From positions 352,001 through 416,000 of the forward strand of contig CAWDVW010000007.1 in the NCBI GenBank assembly GCA_963805855.1: a DNA stretch of 64,000 nucleotides, written 5' to 3'. Shown here in pieces: positions 49,240 through 59,916 of this stretch. Every line of letters starts with the position of its first letter. Positions within the stretch are counted from its first letter, which is position 1. The notes under the pieces were generated by a model. The model did no database searches. It was not told the origin of the DNA and saw only the letters and a list, made by a program, of their open reading frames with translations. Source of the DNA: Candidatus Dadabacteria bacterium. GTDB taxonomy: Bacteria > Desulfobacterota_D > UBA1144 > Nemesobacterales > CSP1-2. The position numbers and the translations under genes are program-made.

Positions 49240-52200
49240 ATGCATTCAAAGCCTAAGTTTAGAAAGAAGGTAAAACATTTTCAAAGAGTCCTGGTGGCAA
49301 ATCGAGGAGAGATTGCAATTCGAGTATTTCGCGCGTGCACCGAGCTCGGCATAAATACAGTTGCAATCTATTCTGAAGAGGATTCTTTTTCTCTGCACAG
49401 AAGCAAGGCCGACGAAGCCTACTTAATCGGGAAAGACAAGGGTCCGGTCGAGGCGTATTTGGATATAGATGGGATTATAAGTCTGGCGATTGAAAAGAAT
49501 GTTGACGCCATTCATCCCGGATACGGATTCTTATCTGAAAATCCAGATCTCGCTAGGGCATGTATTGATGCGGGGATATCCTTCATTGGTCCCCCTCCAG
49601 AGGTGACTGAGCTGATGGGCGATAAGGCGGCAGCGAGGAGATTGGCCACCAGGTCGGGGGTACCTATCGTTCCCGGAACAGAGGGATTTGTGGAAAATGA
49701 TGAACAAGCTATCAAGTTTTCAAGAGGCGCCGGGTTCCCGGTGATTATAAAGGCTGCCCACGGCGGGGGAGGCAGGGGAATTAGAATCAACTATGATCAA
49801 AAGTCTCTGATAGAGAACCTTCCACAGGCTAGGTCAGAGGCGAAGGCGGCATTCGGAAGTGATGCCGTACTACTAGAAAAATACATTGAAAATCCAAAAC
49901 ATGTAGAAGTGCAGGTCCTGGGTGATCAATACGGTAACGTGATTCATTTATTTGAACGCGACTGTTCCGTTCAAAGAAGACATCAGAAGGTGACGGAACT
50001 GGCGCCCGCATTAACGCTTGACCGTGATTTTAAGGAGAGGATTTATGATGCGGCTCTCCGATTATCTAATGCCGCGAATTATACAAGTGCGGGCACGGTT
50101 GAATTTTTAGTCGACCTAAAGGGAAATTTCTATTTTATCGAGATGAACACCCGCATCCAGGTAGAACACACCGTCACAGAACTGATTACCGGTGTGGATC
50201 TTGTCCAAGCCCAGATACGAATTGCAGAAGGTCATAGATTGCACGACCCCCAAACAGGGATTCCCAGGGGTTCCGCGTTAAGATGTAACGGATATGCGCT
50301 ACAGTGCCGCATTACTACAGAAGATCCGACAAATAACTTTACCCCTGATATAGGTCGATTAATTGCGTATCGGTCCCCCGGTGGATTCGGAATAAGGCTT
50401 GATGCCGCCAGTGCCTATGTAGGTGCCGCGATCACGCCGTATTACGATTCCATGCTGGTAAAAGTTACCTCTTGGGGTTTAACATTTGATCAGTGTGTCA
50501 AGAAGATGGATAGGGCGCTGCAAGAGTTTCGCATCCGAGGGGTTAAAACAAATATCCCTTTCCTGATTAAGCTGATCAGGCATCCTGTGTTCAAAAGAGG
50601 GGAATGCACAACGAGTTTTCTCCAGGATCACCCGGAAGTCTTTGACATAAAGGAACCACGGGACAGGGCTACCAGGCTTTTGAACTTTATTGGAGATGTC
50701 ACTATAAACCAATCCCTTAAGAAGCCCAAGACCTGGGAAGAACATCCACCCCTAAGACCGATTTTACCGTCAACAGACCACAACAGGTCAGTGGTTCCTG
50801 AACACAGACAGGTTTTTGACCGGGAGGGTCCGGAGGGATTATCAAAGTGGATTTTGAAACAAAAACGTTTGCTTGTGACAGACACGACATTTCGCGATGC
50901 TCATCAATCTCTGCTCGCGACGCGACTGAGAACCTATGATATGCATAATATCGCAAAGGCAACTGGCCATTTGGGGAGAAATATTTATTCATTCGAGATG
51001 TGGGGTGGGGCGACATTCGACGTATGTCTGAGATTTCTCAAAGAATGCCCCTGGAACCGAGTTTCAAAGCTCCGGGAATCTATGCCTCACGCCATCCTCC
51101 AAATGCTGCTCCGCGGCGCTAATGCTGTCGGATATGCCAACTACCCGGATAATATCGTAAGAGAATTCATAAGAGAGGCAGCAAGGTGTGGGATAGACCT
51201 ATTCAGAATCTTTGATTGCTTCAATTGGATCCCGAATATGAAGGTTTCAATAGAAACGGCCCTTGACACAGGCAAGATAGTTGAAGCAGCAATATGTTAT
51301 TCAGGAGATATTACCGACCCAAAACGGGATAAATACACGCTTAAGTACTACGTAGATCTCGCGAGGGAACTTTCGAAAATGCATGTCCACCTTATCGCGA
51401 TCAAGGATATGGCCGGACTATGTAAACCCTTTGCGGCGGAAAAGCTGGTCCGCGCTATAAAAGAAGAAACGGGGCTCCCCTTGCATTTTCACACACATGC
51501 GACCAGCGGAAACGGGGAGGCAACAGTTCTCAAAGCTGCCGAAGCAGGCGCGGACATTGTTGATTCGGCCATCAGCTCATTATCTGGACTGACCTCTCAG
51601 CCTAGTTTAAATGCGGTTGTCGCTGCCCTGGAAGGAACTGAGCGGGACACGTTGATCGATGTAAAGGACTTAAACAAACTCTCAACATACTGGGAGGCGG
51701 TCAGAGGCTATTATGCGCCATTTGAAGGGGATATGAAATCTTCCAATGCAGATGTGTATCTATACGAAATCCCAGGCGGTCAATACACAAACCTGCGTTC
51801 ACAGGCCCAATTGCTTGGATTAGGAGATAGGTGGGAAGATATAAAACAGATGTACGCCGAGGCAAATAAACTCTTTGGCGATATCATTAAGGTGACTCCA
51901 TCTTCAAAGGCGGTGGGGGACATGGCCCTATTTTTGGTTCAGAACGATCTCAAACCAGATGATGTTATAGAGAAAGCCGACCAATTGACCTTTCCCAAAT
52001 CTGTTATCGATATGATGGAGGGACACCTCGGGCAGACCCTGGGAGGATTTCCTCCTGACATTCAAAAGGCTATTTTAAGAGATAAAACACCGATAAATGT
52101 AAGACCAGGGGAGTTAATCCCACCGGCAGATTTCAATGGCAACAGAAAGAGATTAGAGCTGGAGCTAAATCATCGCATAACAGATCAGGATTTGGTCTCA

Positions 52201-52719
52201 GCCTTTCTTTATCCGGGAGTCTTTGAAGAATTCGATAAGCATAGGACGCTCTACGGAGACATTTCTGTCGTTCCCACATCCGCGTTCTATTATGGGATGG
52301 AGCCAGGAGAAGAGACCACTTTAGAGATTGAGGAAGGCAAAACGATTCTCGTAAAGCTTTTTGCCATTGGGGAAAGCGAGCCTGATGGAAGGGTGCCACT
52401 ACTGTTTGAGGTTAATGGTCAGCCTCGACCGGTGAGGGTGTTGGATAAATCAGCTACAGGCGCATCTATAAAGGCTAGACCAAGAGCAGACATAAAAAAC
52501 CCTCTGGAAGTTGGGGCACCGCTAGGCGGCAAGGTAGTGAATCTGCTTGTTAAAGAGGGGGATAAAATAAGCCACGATCAGCCCTTGTTTACGATAGAAG
52601 CGATGAAGATGAGAACTAATATCAAAGCCATAAATGAGGGCGTTGTTTCGAAGGTTCTAATATCCGAGGGGGACAGTGTTGACGCGGGGGAGCTAGTTCT
52701 ACGGCTGTCTGATGAATGA
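49240..52719 (+). CDS. pyc: Pyruvate carboxylase
   Basis: ANRGEIA, RDCSVQRRHQK, DTTFRDAHQSL, IKDMAG, EAMKM. Confidence 0.97.
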   Translation: MHSKPKFRKKVKHFQRVLVANRGEIAIRVFRACTELGINTVAIYSEEDSFSLHRSKADEAYLIGKDKGPVEAYLDIDGIISLAIEKNVDAIHPGYGFLSENPDLARACIDAGISFIGPPPEVTELMGDKAAARRLATRSGVPIVPGTEGFVENDEQAIKFSRGAGFPVIIKAAHGGGGRGIRINYDQKSLIENLPQARSEAKAAFGSDAVLLEKYIENPKHVEVQVLGDQYGNVIHLFERDCSVQRRHQKVTELAPALTLDRDFKERIYDAALRLSNAANYTSAGTVEFLVDLKGNFYFIEMNTRIQVEHTVTELITGVDLVQAQIRIAEGHRLHDPQTGIPRGSALRCNGYALQCRITTEDPTNNFTPDIGRLIAYRSPGGFGIRLDAASAYVGAAITPYYDSMLVKVTSWGLTFDQCVKKMDRALQEFRIRGVKTNIPFLIKLIRHPVFKRGECTTSFLQDHPEVFDIKEPRDRATRLLNFIGDVTINQSLKKPKTWEEHPPLRPILPSTDHNRSVVPEHRQVFDREGPEGLSKWILKQKRLLVTDTTFRDAHQSLLATRLRTYDMHNIAKATGHLGRNIYSFEMWGGATFDVCLRFLKECPWNRVSKLRESMPHAILQMLLRGANAVGYANYPDNIVREFIREAARCGIDLFRIFDCFNWIPNMKVSIETALDTGKIVEAAICYSGDITDPKRDKYTLKYYVDLARELSKMHVHLIAIKDMAGLCKPFAAEKLVRAIKEETGLPLHFHTHATSGNGEATVLKAAEAGADIVDSAISSLSGLTSQPSLNAVVAALEGTERDTLIDVKDLNKLSTYWEAVRGYYAPFEGDMKSSNADVYLYEIPGGQYTNLRSQAQLLGLGDRWEDIKQMYAEANKLFGDIIKVTPSSKAVGDMALFLVQNDLKPDDVIEKADQLTFPKSVIDMMEGHLGQTLGGFPPDIQKAILRDKTPINVRPGELIPPADFNGNRKRLELELNHRITDQDLVSAFLYPGVFEEFDKHRTLYGDISVVPTSAFYYGMEPGEETTLEIEEGKTILVKLFAIGESEPDGRVPLLFEVNGQPRPVRVLDKSATGASIKARPRADIKNPLEVGAPLGGKVVNLLVKEGDKISHDQPLFTIEAMKMRTNIKAINEGVVSKVLISEGDSVDAGELVLRLSDE

Positions 52720-52727
52720 AGTGATAC

Positions 52728-52776
52728 GTATGGAACACATATCCTTCGACTACGCTCAGGACAGGTATGCGTTCCC
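52728..52776. repeat. GTAG-type REP with 24-nt central insertion
   Basis: GTATGGAACACATA[TCCTTCGACTACGCTCAGGACAGG]TATGCGTTCCC. Confidence 0.75.
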
Positions 52777-52834
52777 AGGTTTTGTTTTTCAATAGATCAG
52801 GTTAACCATCGAGTATTTGAATCAGTCTACAAAA

Positions 52835-53125
52835 TTAGCAATTAACTATTTTTCTATAGTATTCCTTACTACTCGTACCGATATTAGTCAGATTTTCTAT
52901 ATCGGCTTCCCATTTTAGTGGATTATATCTGATATATTCCCTGATTTTGTTAAAGCTTCTTTCGGTTCTGATTATATGATCGTAGAATGATTTTTGCCAT
53001 TGAAATTTACTATGTTCGCATGAATACCTGATTTTACGGGTAACAGATGATTTGTATTATTGTACTATAGTCGATAATAGCATCTTTGTCCTGTTGGGTA
53101 GGGAACGCATATATGCGTTCCCTAC
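52835..53125 (-). pseudogene. Truncated REP-associated tyrosine transposase (RAYT/TnpA-REP) remnant
   Basis: Manual translation [31 protein letters not shown]...FQWQKSFYDHIIRTE..FNKIREYIRYNPLKWEADIEN. Confidence 0.85.
53098..53125. repeat. GTAG-type REP, perfect 28-bp palindrome
   Basis: GTAGGGAACGCATATATGCGTTCCCTAC. Confidence 0.9.
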
Positions 53126-53131
53126 ATGTAA

Positions 53132-53665
53132 TTATACATCTGTATGTCTGACTTGGTTTCTCCGTATATTGTCAAGAGCATTTTCTTCGATTTTAATTCT
53201 TCTTCGAATCAAAATCAAATTGACGATACTGAATAGTATTGACGTTAAATAACAGGAGAATATCAATGGGATGACCGCTATCTCCAATATGACTGCTATG
53301 TAATTTGGATGTTTAAGGTATTTATAGGGGCCCGTGCTTACGCGCTCGGAGCCTGGAACGACGAGGACCTTGGTATTCCAATACACCCCTAAGCTCGATA
53401 TAGCCCAGTACCTGAGTATCTGGGCAATCAAAAAAATAAGCAGGAATACGAGCCAAAATTTGTTTAACTCCCTTTGAAGCGAAAATTTCTCGAGCACGAG
53501 AGAGATAAGAAAGGCAACGTGCGTGACCACAATGTACTTGTAACCATCTCTGTCGAATTCGAGAGCCCCTTTTGATTTGACTATTTGCTCATTACGCTTT
53601 GCAAGACGTAGCTCTAGAAGGCGCTGTGAAACGAGAAGGGCGAGGAATATCCAAAAAAAGATCAT
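53132..53665 (-). CDS. Isoprenylcysteine carboxyl methyltransferase family (BpsB/SrsB-like)
   Basis: QRLLEL..AKRN, LRYW.I.SLG.YWNT, GPYKYLKHPNY, RIKIEE.AL. Confidence 0.88.
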   Translation of the reverse strand: MIFFWIFLALLVSQRLLELRLAKRNEQIVKSKGALEFDRDGYKYIVVTHVAFLISLVLEKFSLQRELNKFWLVFLLIFLIAQILRYWAISSLGVYWNTKVLVVPGSERVSTGPYKYLKHPNYIAVILEIAVIPLIFSCYLTSILFSIVNLILIRRRIKIEENALDNIRRNQVRHTDV

Positions 53666-54747
53666 ACAACCTGGAATAAAATTATTTCAGAGCTGAAGCC
53701 GGGACCCAGCGCTGAGATAAGACCATAATCGCCGGCGCCGTATTCGCCGCTATCGAGGAAATCTTTTAAAACATACAGTACAGTAGGTGAGGACATATTG
53801 CCATGATCGCGGAGTACGTTTCTGGAATGACCGAGTGCCCCGTCGGCAAGACCAAGAGATTCTTCATAGGAATTTATGACCTTAATCCCTCCAGGGTGAA
53901 AAACATAATGCTTGACATCATTAATCGAGAGGTCATACATTTCAAGTAGCTCTTCAATATTCTCATGTACATATTTTCTCACAATTGTGGGGATGTCCTT
54001 ACTGAAGATTGCCTTGAACCCCGCATCCACTATTTCCCAACCCATTACATCCAAAGAATCATAGTAAGTCGTAGTCAGGGAATGGATTAGCTTTATGCCT
54101 CCTAGTCCGTAAAGGCGGTGTTCGCATCCTGCCACCAGAGTAGCGGCGGCGCCATCGGAGAATAGAGCCATGGCAACTATATTACTTTTAGAGTAATCTT
54201 CCCTCAATATCGAAAGGCTGCAAATTTCCAGTGCGATCAGAAGAACCGCACTCCTCGGAAAAGCTGTTGTGTACTCCATAGCCCGACTCAGACCTACAGC
54301 CCCTCCTACGCAACCCAATCCCCAGACAGGTGATCGTTTCAGGTGAGGATCGAGTCTTAAGTTATTTATTATTATGGCATCTATGGAAGGGGTTGAAATG
54401 CCCGTACTCGATATATATATGATATGATCAAAATCCGACAGGTGGGCATCTATCTTGCCGATACACTTTCCGATGGCGTCTATTGATAAAGTAGAGGCAT
54501 TCTTGACGTACTCCTCGTTTTTTTCAACAAAACTGTGAGCCTGAAAAAACCATTCCGGGGGCTGAGTGAAATGCCTGGATTCTATCATTGAGTTATCAAA
54601 AACTCTTATCATTTTATCTATATGATCGCGCTTATCGCTGAAAAGTTGATAGGTGAAATTCTTAATATCACTCTGAGAAAAGTGATATGGGACGTCAGCA
54701 AGTCCTACAGAAATCAGTTTCGGGTTACCCTCTGTCTTTGATAGCAA
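53662..54747 (-). CDS. Type III polyketide synthase (BpsA/SrsA-like)
   Basis: Catalytic triad GLGCVGG / FHPGG / GNMSS; LFSDGAAA; ALGPGF. Confidence 0.92.
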   Translation of the reverse strand: MLSKTEGNPKLISVGLADVPYHFSQSDIKNFTYQLFSDKRDHIDKMIRVFDNSMIESRHFTQPPEWFFQAHSFVEKNEEYVKNASTLSIDAIGKCIGKIDAHLSDFDHIIYISSTGISTPSIDAIIINNLRLDPHLKRSPVWGLGCVGGAVGLSRAMEYTTAFPRSAVLLIALEICSLSILREDYSKSNIVAMALFSDGAAATLVAGCEHRLYGLGGIKLIHSLTTTYYDSLDVMGWEIVDAGFKAIFSKDIPTIVRKYVHENIEELLEMYDLSINDVKHYVFHPGGIKVINSYEESLGLADGALGHSRNVLRDHGNMSSPTVLYVLKDFLDSGEYGAGDYGLISALGPGFSSEIILFQVV

Positions 54748-55001
54748 TTGGCCTCAATCTCGAAGGATAATGTTATTGGTCTAAGTTTACAAATAAAAGT
54801 TAGCTGACATATTATACTTATTCAATCAAAGGCTTAGATACGTAATGCATGACTATTGGAATATCATTTCATCCTGCTGAGTCCTGTCGTCGATCTTATC
54901 AATCCTTTTACCATAGAGAATTTAGATCTGATAACTTGGGTAGAGGCTCTTTATGGTAAACTGAACTGTAATTATAATATCTTGAAAGGAGGGAAATCAA
55001 C

Positions 55002-56471
55002 TTGGACTTTAAGCTAAGCAAACGTGATCCACTGGAAGTGAAATGCGACGTGCTGGTTTTCGGGAAGTTTGAAAATGAGAGGATTGGAGGGTTGATTAAA
55101 AAGGCAGATAAGGCCATGGAGAATGTGCTGGATCGTACATTCGAGCAAGAAAAATTTAAGGGCGAAATAGGAAAGAGTGTAATGATAAATGCCCTGGGCA
55201 AATTAAAGGCTGACCGAATCCTGATAGTCGGCCTCGGGAAAAAGTCTAAATTTAATCTCGACGTGTTAAGGAAGCTGGGAATTCACACCGCCAAAAGAAC
55301 TAATTCACTTTCGCAAAGAACAGCCTTTGCTCTTGAAATCTCGGCGAATAGGGGAAATTTCGCAGCAGTTGCTGAGGGAATGATGCTTGGGTGCTATAAC
55401 TTCAATAAGTACAAGACAAACGATAAAGGCTCTGAGGGGGACCGGACGGTGGAGTTTATCACCGATAAGGTTAGGGAGAAAATGTTCAGCGGTGAGGTTG
55501 AATACGCAAAAATCATCGCAGAAGCGACCAATTTCGCGAGAGACTTGGTGAATGAACCTCCCTTGGCCCTGACGCCAAAAAGGCTCGCCGAGATTGCAGC
55601 AGAGATTGCAAAAGATGGGAAACTCGGCTGTAAGATTTTCGATACAAAGGAGATCGAAAAGAGAGGAATGGGGGGTCTGACCGCAGTTTCAAAAGGAAGC
55701 GATGAGCCGCCAAAGTTTATACATCTAACATTTGAATCAACAAGAACGCCAAGAAAAACAGTTGCAATTGTGGGCAAGGGAATTACATTCGATTCGGGTG
55801 GCCTATGTATAAAACCCAGCGACAGCATGCGAACGATGAAGATGGACATGAGTGGAGCGGCCTGCATCCTGGGTGTCATGAAGGCACTTCCAAAGCTAAA
55901 CCCCCCGGTAAGAGTCCATGGGCTCGTCTCTGCGGCTGAAAACATGCCCGGCGGAAAGGCGTATAAACCGGACGACATAATCCGCGCACTCGACGGGAAG
56001 ACAATAGAGGTTGTCAACACAGATGCAGAGGGCAGAATTGTTCTCGCTGACGCCCTCTGCTATGCCGTTCAACTAAAGATCAAAGAAATAGTAGACCTCG
56101 CAACCCTTACCGGGGCATGCATAGTGGGACTGGGGAACTATACTGCGGGTGTAATGGGTAATAATCAACCATTGATAAATCGGATTCTCGATGCTGCAAA
56201 CCTGGCAGGCGAAAAGGTATGGCAGCTTCCGCTCGACGAAGAACTCAGAAAGGAGATTGATAGTGATGTTGCGGATGTTAAAAATGTTGGCAGTCGATGG
56301 GGAGGCGCGATTACAGCAGCAATGTTCTTAGAGAAGTTTGTCGGTGATACCCCGTGGGCGCACATCGACATTGCCGGACCAGCGTACTTAGAGAAGGGCG
56401 GCGATTGGTATCCCAAGGGCGGGACCGGTTTCGGGGTAAGAACAGTTATACGTTACCTGCTGGGACGATAA
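55002..56471 (+). CDS. pepA: Leucyl aminopeptidase (M17)
   Basis: VGKGITFDSGG, MKMDM.GAA, NTDAEGR, HIDIAG. Confidence 0.96.
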   Translation: MDFKLSKRDPLEVKCDVLVFGKFENERIGGLIKKADKAMENVLDRTFEQEKFKGEIGKSVMINALGKLKADRILIVGLGKKSKFNLDVLRKLGIHTAKRTNSLSQRTAFALEISANRGNFAAVAEGMMLGCYNFNKYKTNDKGSEGDRTVEFITDKVREKMFSGEVEYAKIIAEATNFARDLVNEPPLALTPKRLAEIAAEIAKDGKLGCKIFDTKEIEKRGMGGLTAVSKGSDEPPKFIHLTFESTRTPRKTVAIVGKGITFDSGGLCIKPSDSMRTMKMDMSGAACILGVMKALPKLNPPVRVHGLVSAAENMPGGKAYKPDDIIRALDGKTIEVVNTDAEGRIVLADALCYAVQLKIKEIVDLATLTGACIVGLGNYTAGVMGNNQPLINRILDAANLAGEKVWQLPLDEELRKEIDSDVADVKNVGSRWGGAITAAMFLEKFVGDTPWAHIDIAGPAYLEKGGDWYPKGGTGFGVRTVIRYLLGR

Positions 56472-56521
56472 TTAAATACCCAACAATACCAAAATATATC
56501 CGATGGAGAACCTTGCTATAA

Positions 56522-58168
56522 ATGCTGCAGAGAATAATTGACTCGCTTGGCAAATATAACCTTATTGAGATAGTACTTGAAGGTGAATTGCCCGAAGAAG
56601 AAGAAAAATCTCTAATACCATTTTTTCCAAGAAAGAAAAAGCTCACCATATGGGACTTAGAAAAAATATTTGATCATGCAGCGAAAAGCCAAAGCGTCAA
56701 AGGTGTCCTGCTGATAATTAGGAATCTCAAGATCGGTTTGGCGAGGGCATGGGGAATTAGAAGAAATATATGCGAGTTAAGAGAAAGCGGGAAAATGGTT
56801 TCTGTCTATCTAGAAGCTGGTGGAAATATTGAATACCTGATCAGCTCGGCCGCTGAAATGATTTTCTTTTCGCCATGGTCAACACTGAATTTGGTAGGTC
56901 TCAAAGCGGAAGTCTCTTTTCTGAAAGACACGTTTGATAGACTCGGTATAGAGGCGCAGCTCAGGGGCCTTGGTCAGTATAAAAGCGCGGCCGAAACATT
57001 TACGAGAACAAGTATGTCAGATCCCCATAGAGAGATGCTGGCTTCAATTCTTGACGACTTTTACGAGCAGTTTATTGAAAGTATTTCTCATGGCAGGGGA
57101 ACCGAAGATAATTCAATAAGAGAATTGGTGGACAGGGGTCCTTTCACGGCGGAAGACGCGCTTCGAGAGGGACTTGTGGACGGGATTGGTTATCAAGGTG
57201 ATTTCGAGGAGAAAATACGGGAGTCGCTAGCCATTCAAATAAGAAAGATAGGTGCATTAAGTTTATTGAGACTCATTAATTTTAAGGAGTTTATTCGACG
57301 TGTTATTGCAAAGATTAAAGGTAAATCTCAGGTCATCGCAATCGTGGCTGACTCAGGGATGATTTCTCACGGATCGAGCAAAGGCACCGGAATGGCAAAG
57401 ATACTGGGTTCCCAGACAATCATTAGCCACCTGAATAATCTGGCCAAAGACCGCGATGTAAAGGCGATTGTCTTACGGATTCTCACACCAGGGGGTTCTG
57501 GCCTAGCCTCTGATTTGATATGCCACCAGCTTAAGGTCATCGCCGAACAGAAACCGATTGTTGTGTCAATGTCTGACGTAGCCGCTTCCGGCGGTTATCT
57601 CATTGGATTAGGAGCTAATAAAATAGTGGCCGAACCATTCACCCTAACCGGATCGATTGGGATAATATCGGGAAAATTCAACCTACAAAAACTCTACGAC
57701 AAACTGGGAGTGGTAAAGGAATCTGTTATACGCGGCAAGAGTGCCCTGATGTTTTCCAGCTCGAGGGGTTTTACGAAGACTGAAGAAGAGAATCTATTAA
57801 AAATGATGAAATCCCTCTATAATCGGTTTGTCGAAAGGGTTGCAAGAGAGAGAAAGAAGGATTTTGAGAATGCTGAAAGCCTGTCACGGGGAAGGGTGTG
57901 GACAGGGAGACAGGCGAAAAACCATGGTCTCATAGACGAGATTGGCGGCATGAGATTAGCTATCGAAGTGGCGAAGAGAGAGGCCGGCATACCCGAGACT
58001 ATTTCTCCTATTGTTAAGTTTATTTCAAAGCCAAAAGGACTTCAATTTGATCCTTTCGCAAAGAGTATTGCATTGAAACAGCAGTTCGAAACACTGATCG
58101 AATTAGCGACTAATCTGAACGATGAATCTGCTTTCGCACTGATGCCATTCTGGATCAGAATAAGATAA
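56522..58168 (+). CDS. sppA: Signal peptide peptidase SppA (long form)
   Basis: YKSA.E.FTR, TPGGS, SMSDVAASGGY, TGSIG, GRVWTG. Confidence 0.92.
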   Translation: MLQRIIDSLGKYNLIEIVLEGELPEEEEKSLIPFFPRKKKLTIWDLEKIFDHAAKSQSVKGVLLIIRNLKIGLARAWGIRRNICELRESGKMVSVYLEAGGNIEYLISSAAEMIFFSPWSTLNLVGLKAEVSFLKDTFDRLGIEAQLRGLGQYKSAAETFTRTSMSDPHREMLASILDDFYEQFIESISHGRGTEDNSIRELVDRGPFTAEDALREGLVDGIGYQGDFEEKIRESLAIQIRKIGALSLLRLINFKEFIRRVIAKIKGKSQVIAIVADSGMISHGSSKGTGMAKILGSQTIISHLNNLAKDRDVKAIVLRILTPGGSGLASDLICHQLKVIAEQKPIVVSMSDVAASGGYLIGLGANKIVAEPFTLTGSIGIISGKFNLQKLYDKLGVVKESVIRGKSALMFSSSRGFTKTEEENLLKMMKSLYNRFVERVARERKKDFENAESLSRGRVWTGRQAKNHGLIDEIGGMRLAIEVAKREAGIPETISPIVKFISKPKGLQFDPFAKSIALKQQFETLIELATNLNDESAFALMPFWIRIR

Positions 58169-58199
58169 GACGGTTGAGGAGGTTAAATCTTAGGGTCGG

Positions 58200-59123
58200 T
58201 TATCGGTTTAGAAATTCCAGCCATTTAAAAAACTTTTTATCTTTGCCTCGAATTATATCAAAAAATCTAGCCTGCAGTCTTTTTGTGATCCTTCCGGGTT
58301 TACCATTACCTATTTTTCTGCCGTCAACCTCCCGTAAGGGGGTAATTTCGGCTGCCGTGCCGGTGAGAAATGCCTCGTCGGCAATATATAGTTCGTCTCT
58401 GGTGAATCTCTCAGTCTCGATCTCAAGTCCCTCATCGTTCGCTATCTCGATGATACAATTTCTCGTAATTCCCTCGAGTATTGAGGTGAGAGGAGGAGTC
58501 TTCAATCTCCCATTTCTCACGATGAAGATATTTTCACCGCTACCCTCTGCGACGTAGCCTTCGTTATCCAGCATTATAGCTTCATCGAATCCCAGGGATG
58601 TAACCTCAAGCTTCGCCAAAACGGAGTTAACATAGTTTCCGCTAATTTTCGCCTTGGTCATGAAGGAGTTTACGTTCATTCTGGTGTACGAGGAGATCTT
58701 GGCTTTTATGCCCTTTGTCACACCGTCACCACCGAAGTATGCGCCCCATGGGTACGCAGCGATAGCGACACGCACCGGGTTTTTCCCGGGATGCACTCCC
58801 ATAATTCCCGAGCCGATGAAAACGATTGGTCTTATATAACCCTCTTGCAGCTTGTTTTTTATGAGTAGTTCGAATATAGCATTCCTTATTTCCTTTTTCG
58901 AGAAAGGTATGGCTATTTGTGCGATATGCGCAGATGAAAAAAGCCTGTCAATATGTTCAGTCAGTCGGAATATCGCGGGACGGTTATCCTGACATTTATA
59001 AGCTCTTATTCCTTCGAACACGCCCAATCCGTAGTGGAGCGTATGTGTAAGTACATGTACGTCTGCCCGGTCCCATGGTACAAGTTTCCCATCAAACCAA
59101 ATTTTATAAGCCTTACGGGACAT
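58200..59123 (-). CDS. ilvE: Branched-chain amino acid aminotransferase
   Basis: [42 protein letters not shown]. Confidence 0.96.
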   Translation of the reverse strand: MSRKAYKIWFDGKLVPWDRADVHVLTHTLHYGLGVFEGIRAYKCQDNRPAIFRLTEHIDRLFSSAHIAQIAIPFSKKEIRNAIFELLIKNKLQEGYIRPIVFIGSGIMGVHPGKNPVRVAIAAYPWGAYFGGDGVTKGIKAKISSYTRMNVNSFMTKAKISGNYVNSVLAKLEVTSLGFDEAIMLDNEGYVAEGSGENIFIVRNGRLKTPPLTSILEGITRNCIIEIANDEGLEIETERFTRDELYIADEAFLTGTAAEITPLREVDGRKIGNGKPGRITKRLQARFFDIIRGKDKKFFKWLEFLNR

Positions 59124-59247
59124 CAAAATCTCCTAGAAAATGGCGAAGAGTAAAAAAGCACATAGAATATTGCTTACAATATACATGGTTGTCAAGTATA
59201 TTCTGCCTATTTTCTTGACTACGGCGGTTTTCTGGGAATAATTATAT

Positions 59248-59874
59248 TTGCATATGCAAGAAAATTTATCCGGACACGTCGTAATTAAGAAATATAGCAA
59301 CAGACGTCTCTATGATACCAAACATAAAAAATATGTTACCTTAGAAGAGATCGGCGCACTTATTCGCGAGGGTAGCGAGATTAAGGTGATCGACACTCAG
59401 ACCGGAGAAGATATATCGAAGCTGATTCTGATTCAGGTGGTTTTGGAAAGCGAAAAAAATAAAGAAGATATACTTCCGGTATCCTTCCTGCACATGCTTA
59501 TAAAATATGGCAATAAGATCGCAAGAGACTTTATCGAGAACTCATTCCTCATGATGTTCCAACCGTATTTATCGTTTCAAGATAGTTTGAAAAAGAACAT
59601 GAGTTTGTGGAAGGGGACGGGGTTGATGCCGCCAGGGCTCGAGATGCCTTTTCCCTCTGAGGGACAGGATGTAACGTCAGAAAGAAAAAATGATCATGAG
59701 CCCGAGTCTTCGCCCGAGGCGGAAGAATCACAACCTTCGCCTTTGGAACTTGAGGCGCTGCGACAAAAGATAAAGGAACTCGATAACAAAATTCAGAAGT
59801 TGGATAGAGGTCATCGGGTTAAGTCGAAGAAGCGAGTTAGTCGCTCAAAAACTATTAAAGCCTCAAATCCCTGA
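59248..59874 (+). CDS. phaR: Polyhydroxyalkanoate synthesis regulator PhaR-like DNA-binding protein
   Basis: IKKYSNRRLYDT...YVTL..I..LI..G....VID..TGEDI. Confidence 0.8.
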   Translation: MHMQENLSGHVVIKKYSNRRLYDTKHKKYVTLEEIGALIREGSEIKVIDTQTGEDISKLILIQVVLESEKNKEDILPVSFLHMLIKYGNKIARDFIENSFLMMFQPYLSFQDSLKKNMSLWKGTGLMPPGLEMPFPSEGQDVTSERKNDHEPESSPEAEESQPSPLELEALRQKIKELDNKIQKLDRGHRVKSKKRVSRSKTIKASNP

Positions 59875-59916
59875 AATTTACGATTTATACGTAAAGAGTC
59901 ATAATCTGCGGTCACG

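Noticed and set aside
55394-56020. Long antisense ORFs (this 208-aa one and similar ones inside metH, purK, tlpA and cusA)
   Set aside because: Fully overlap well-supported genes on the opposite strand
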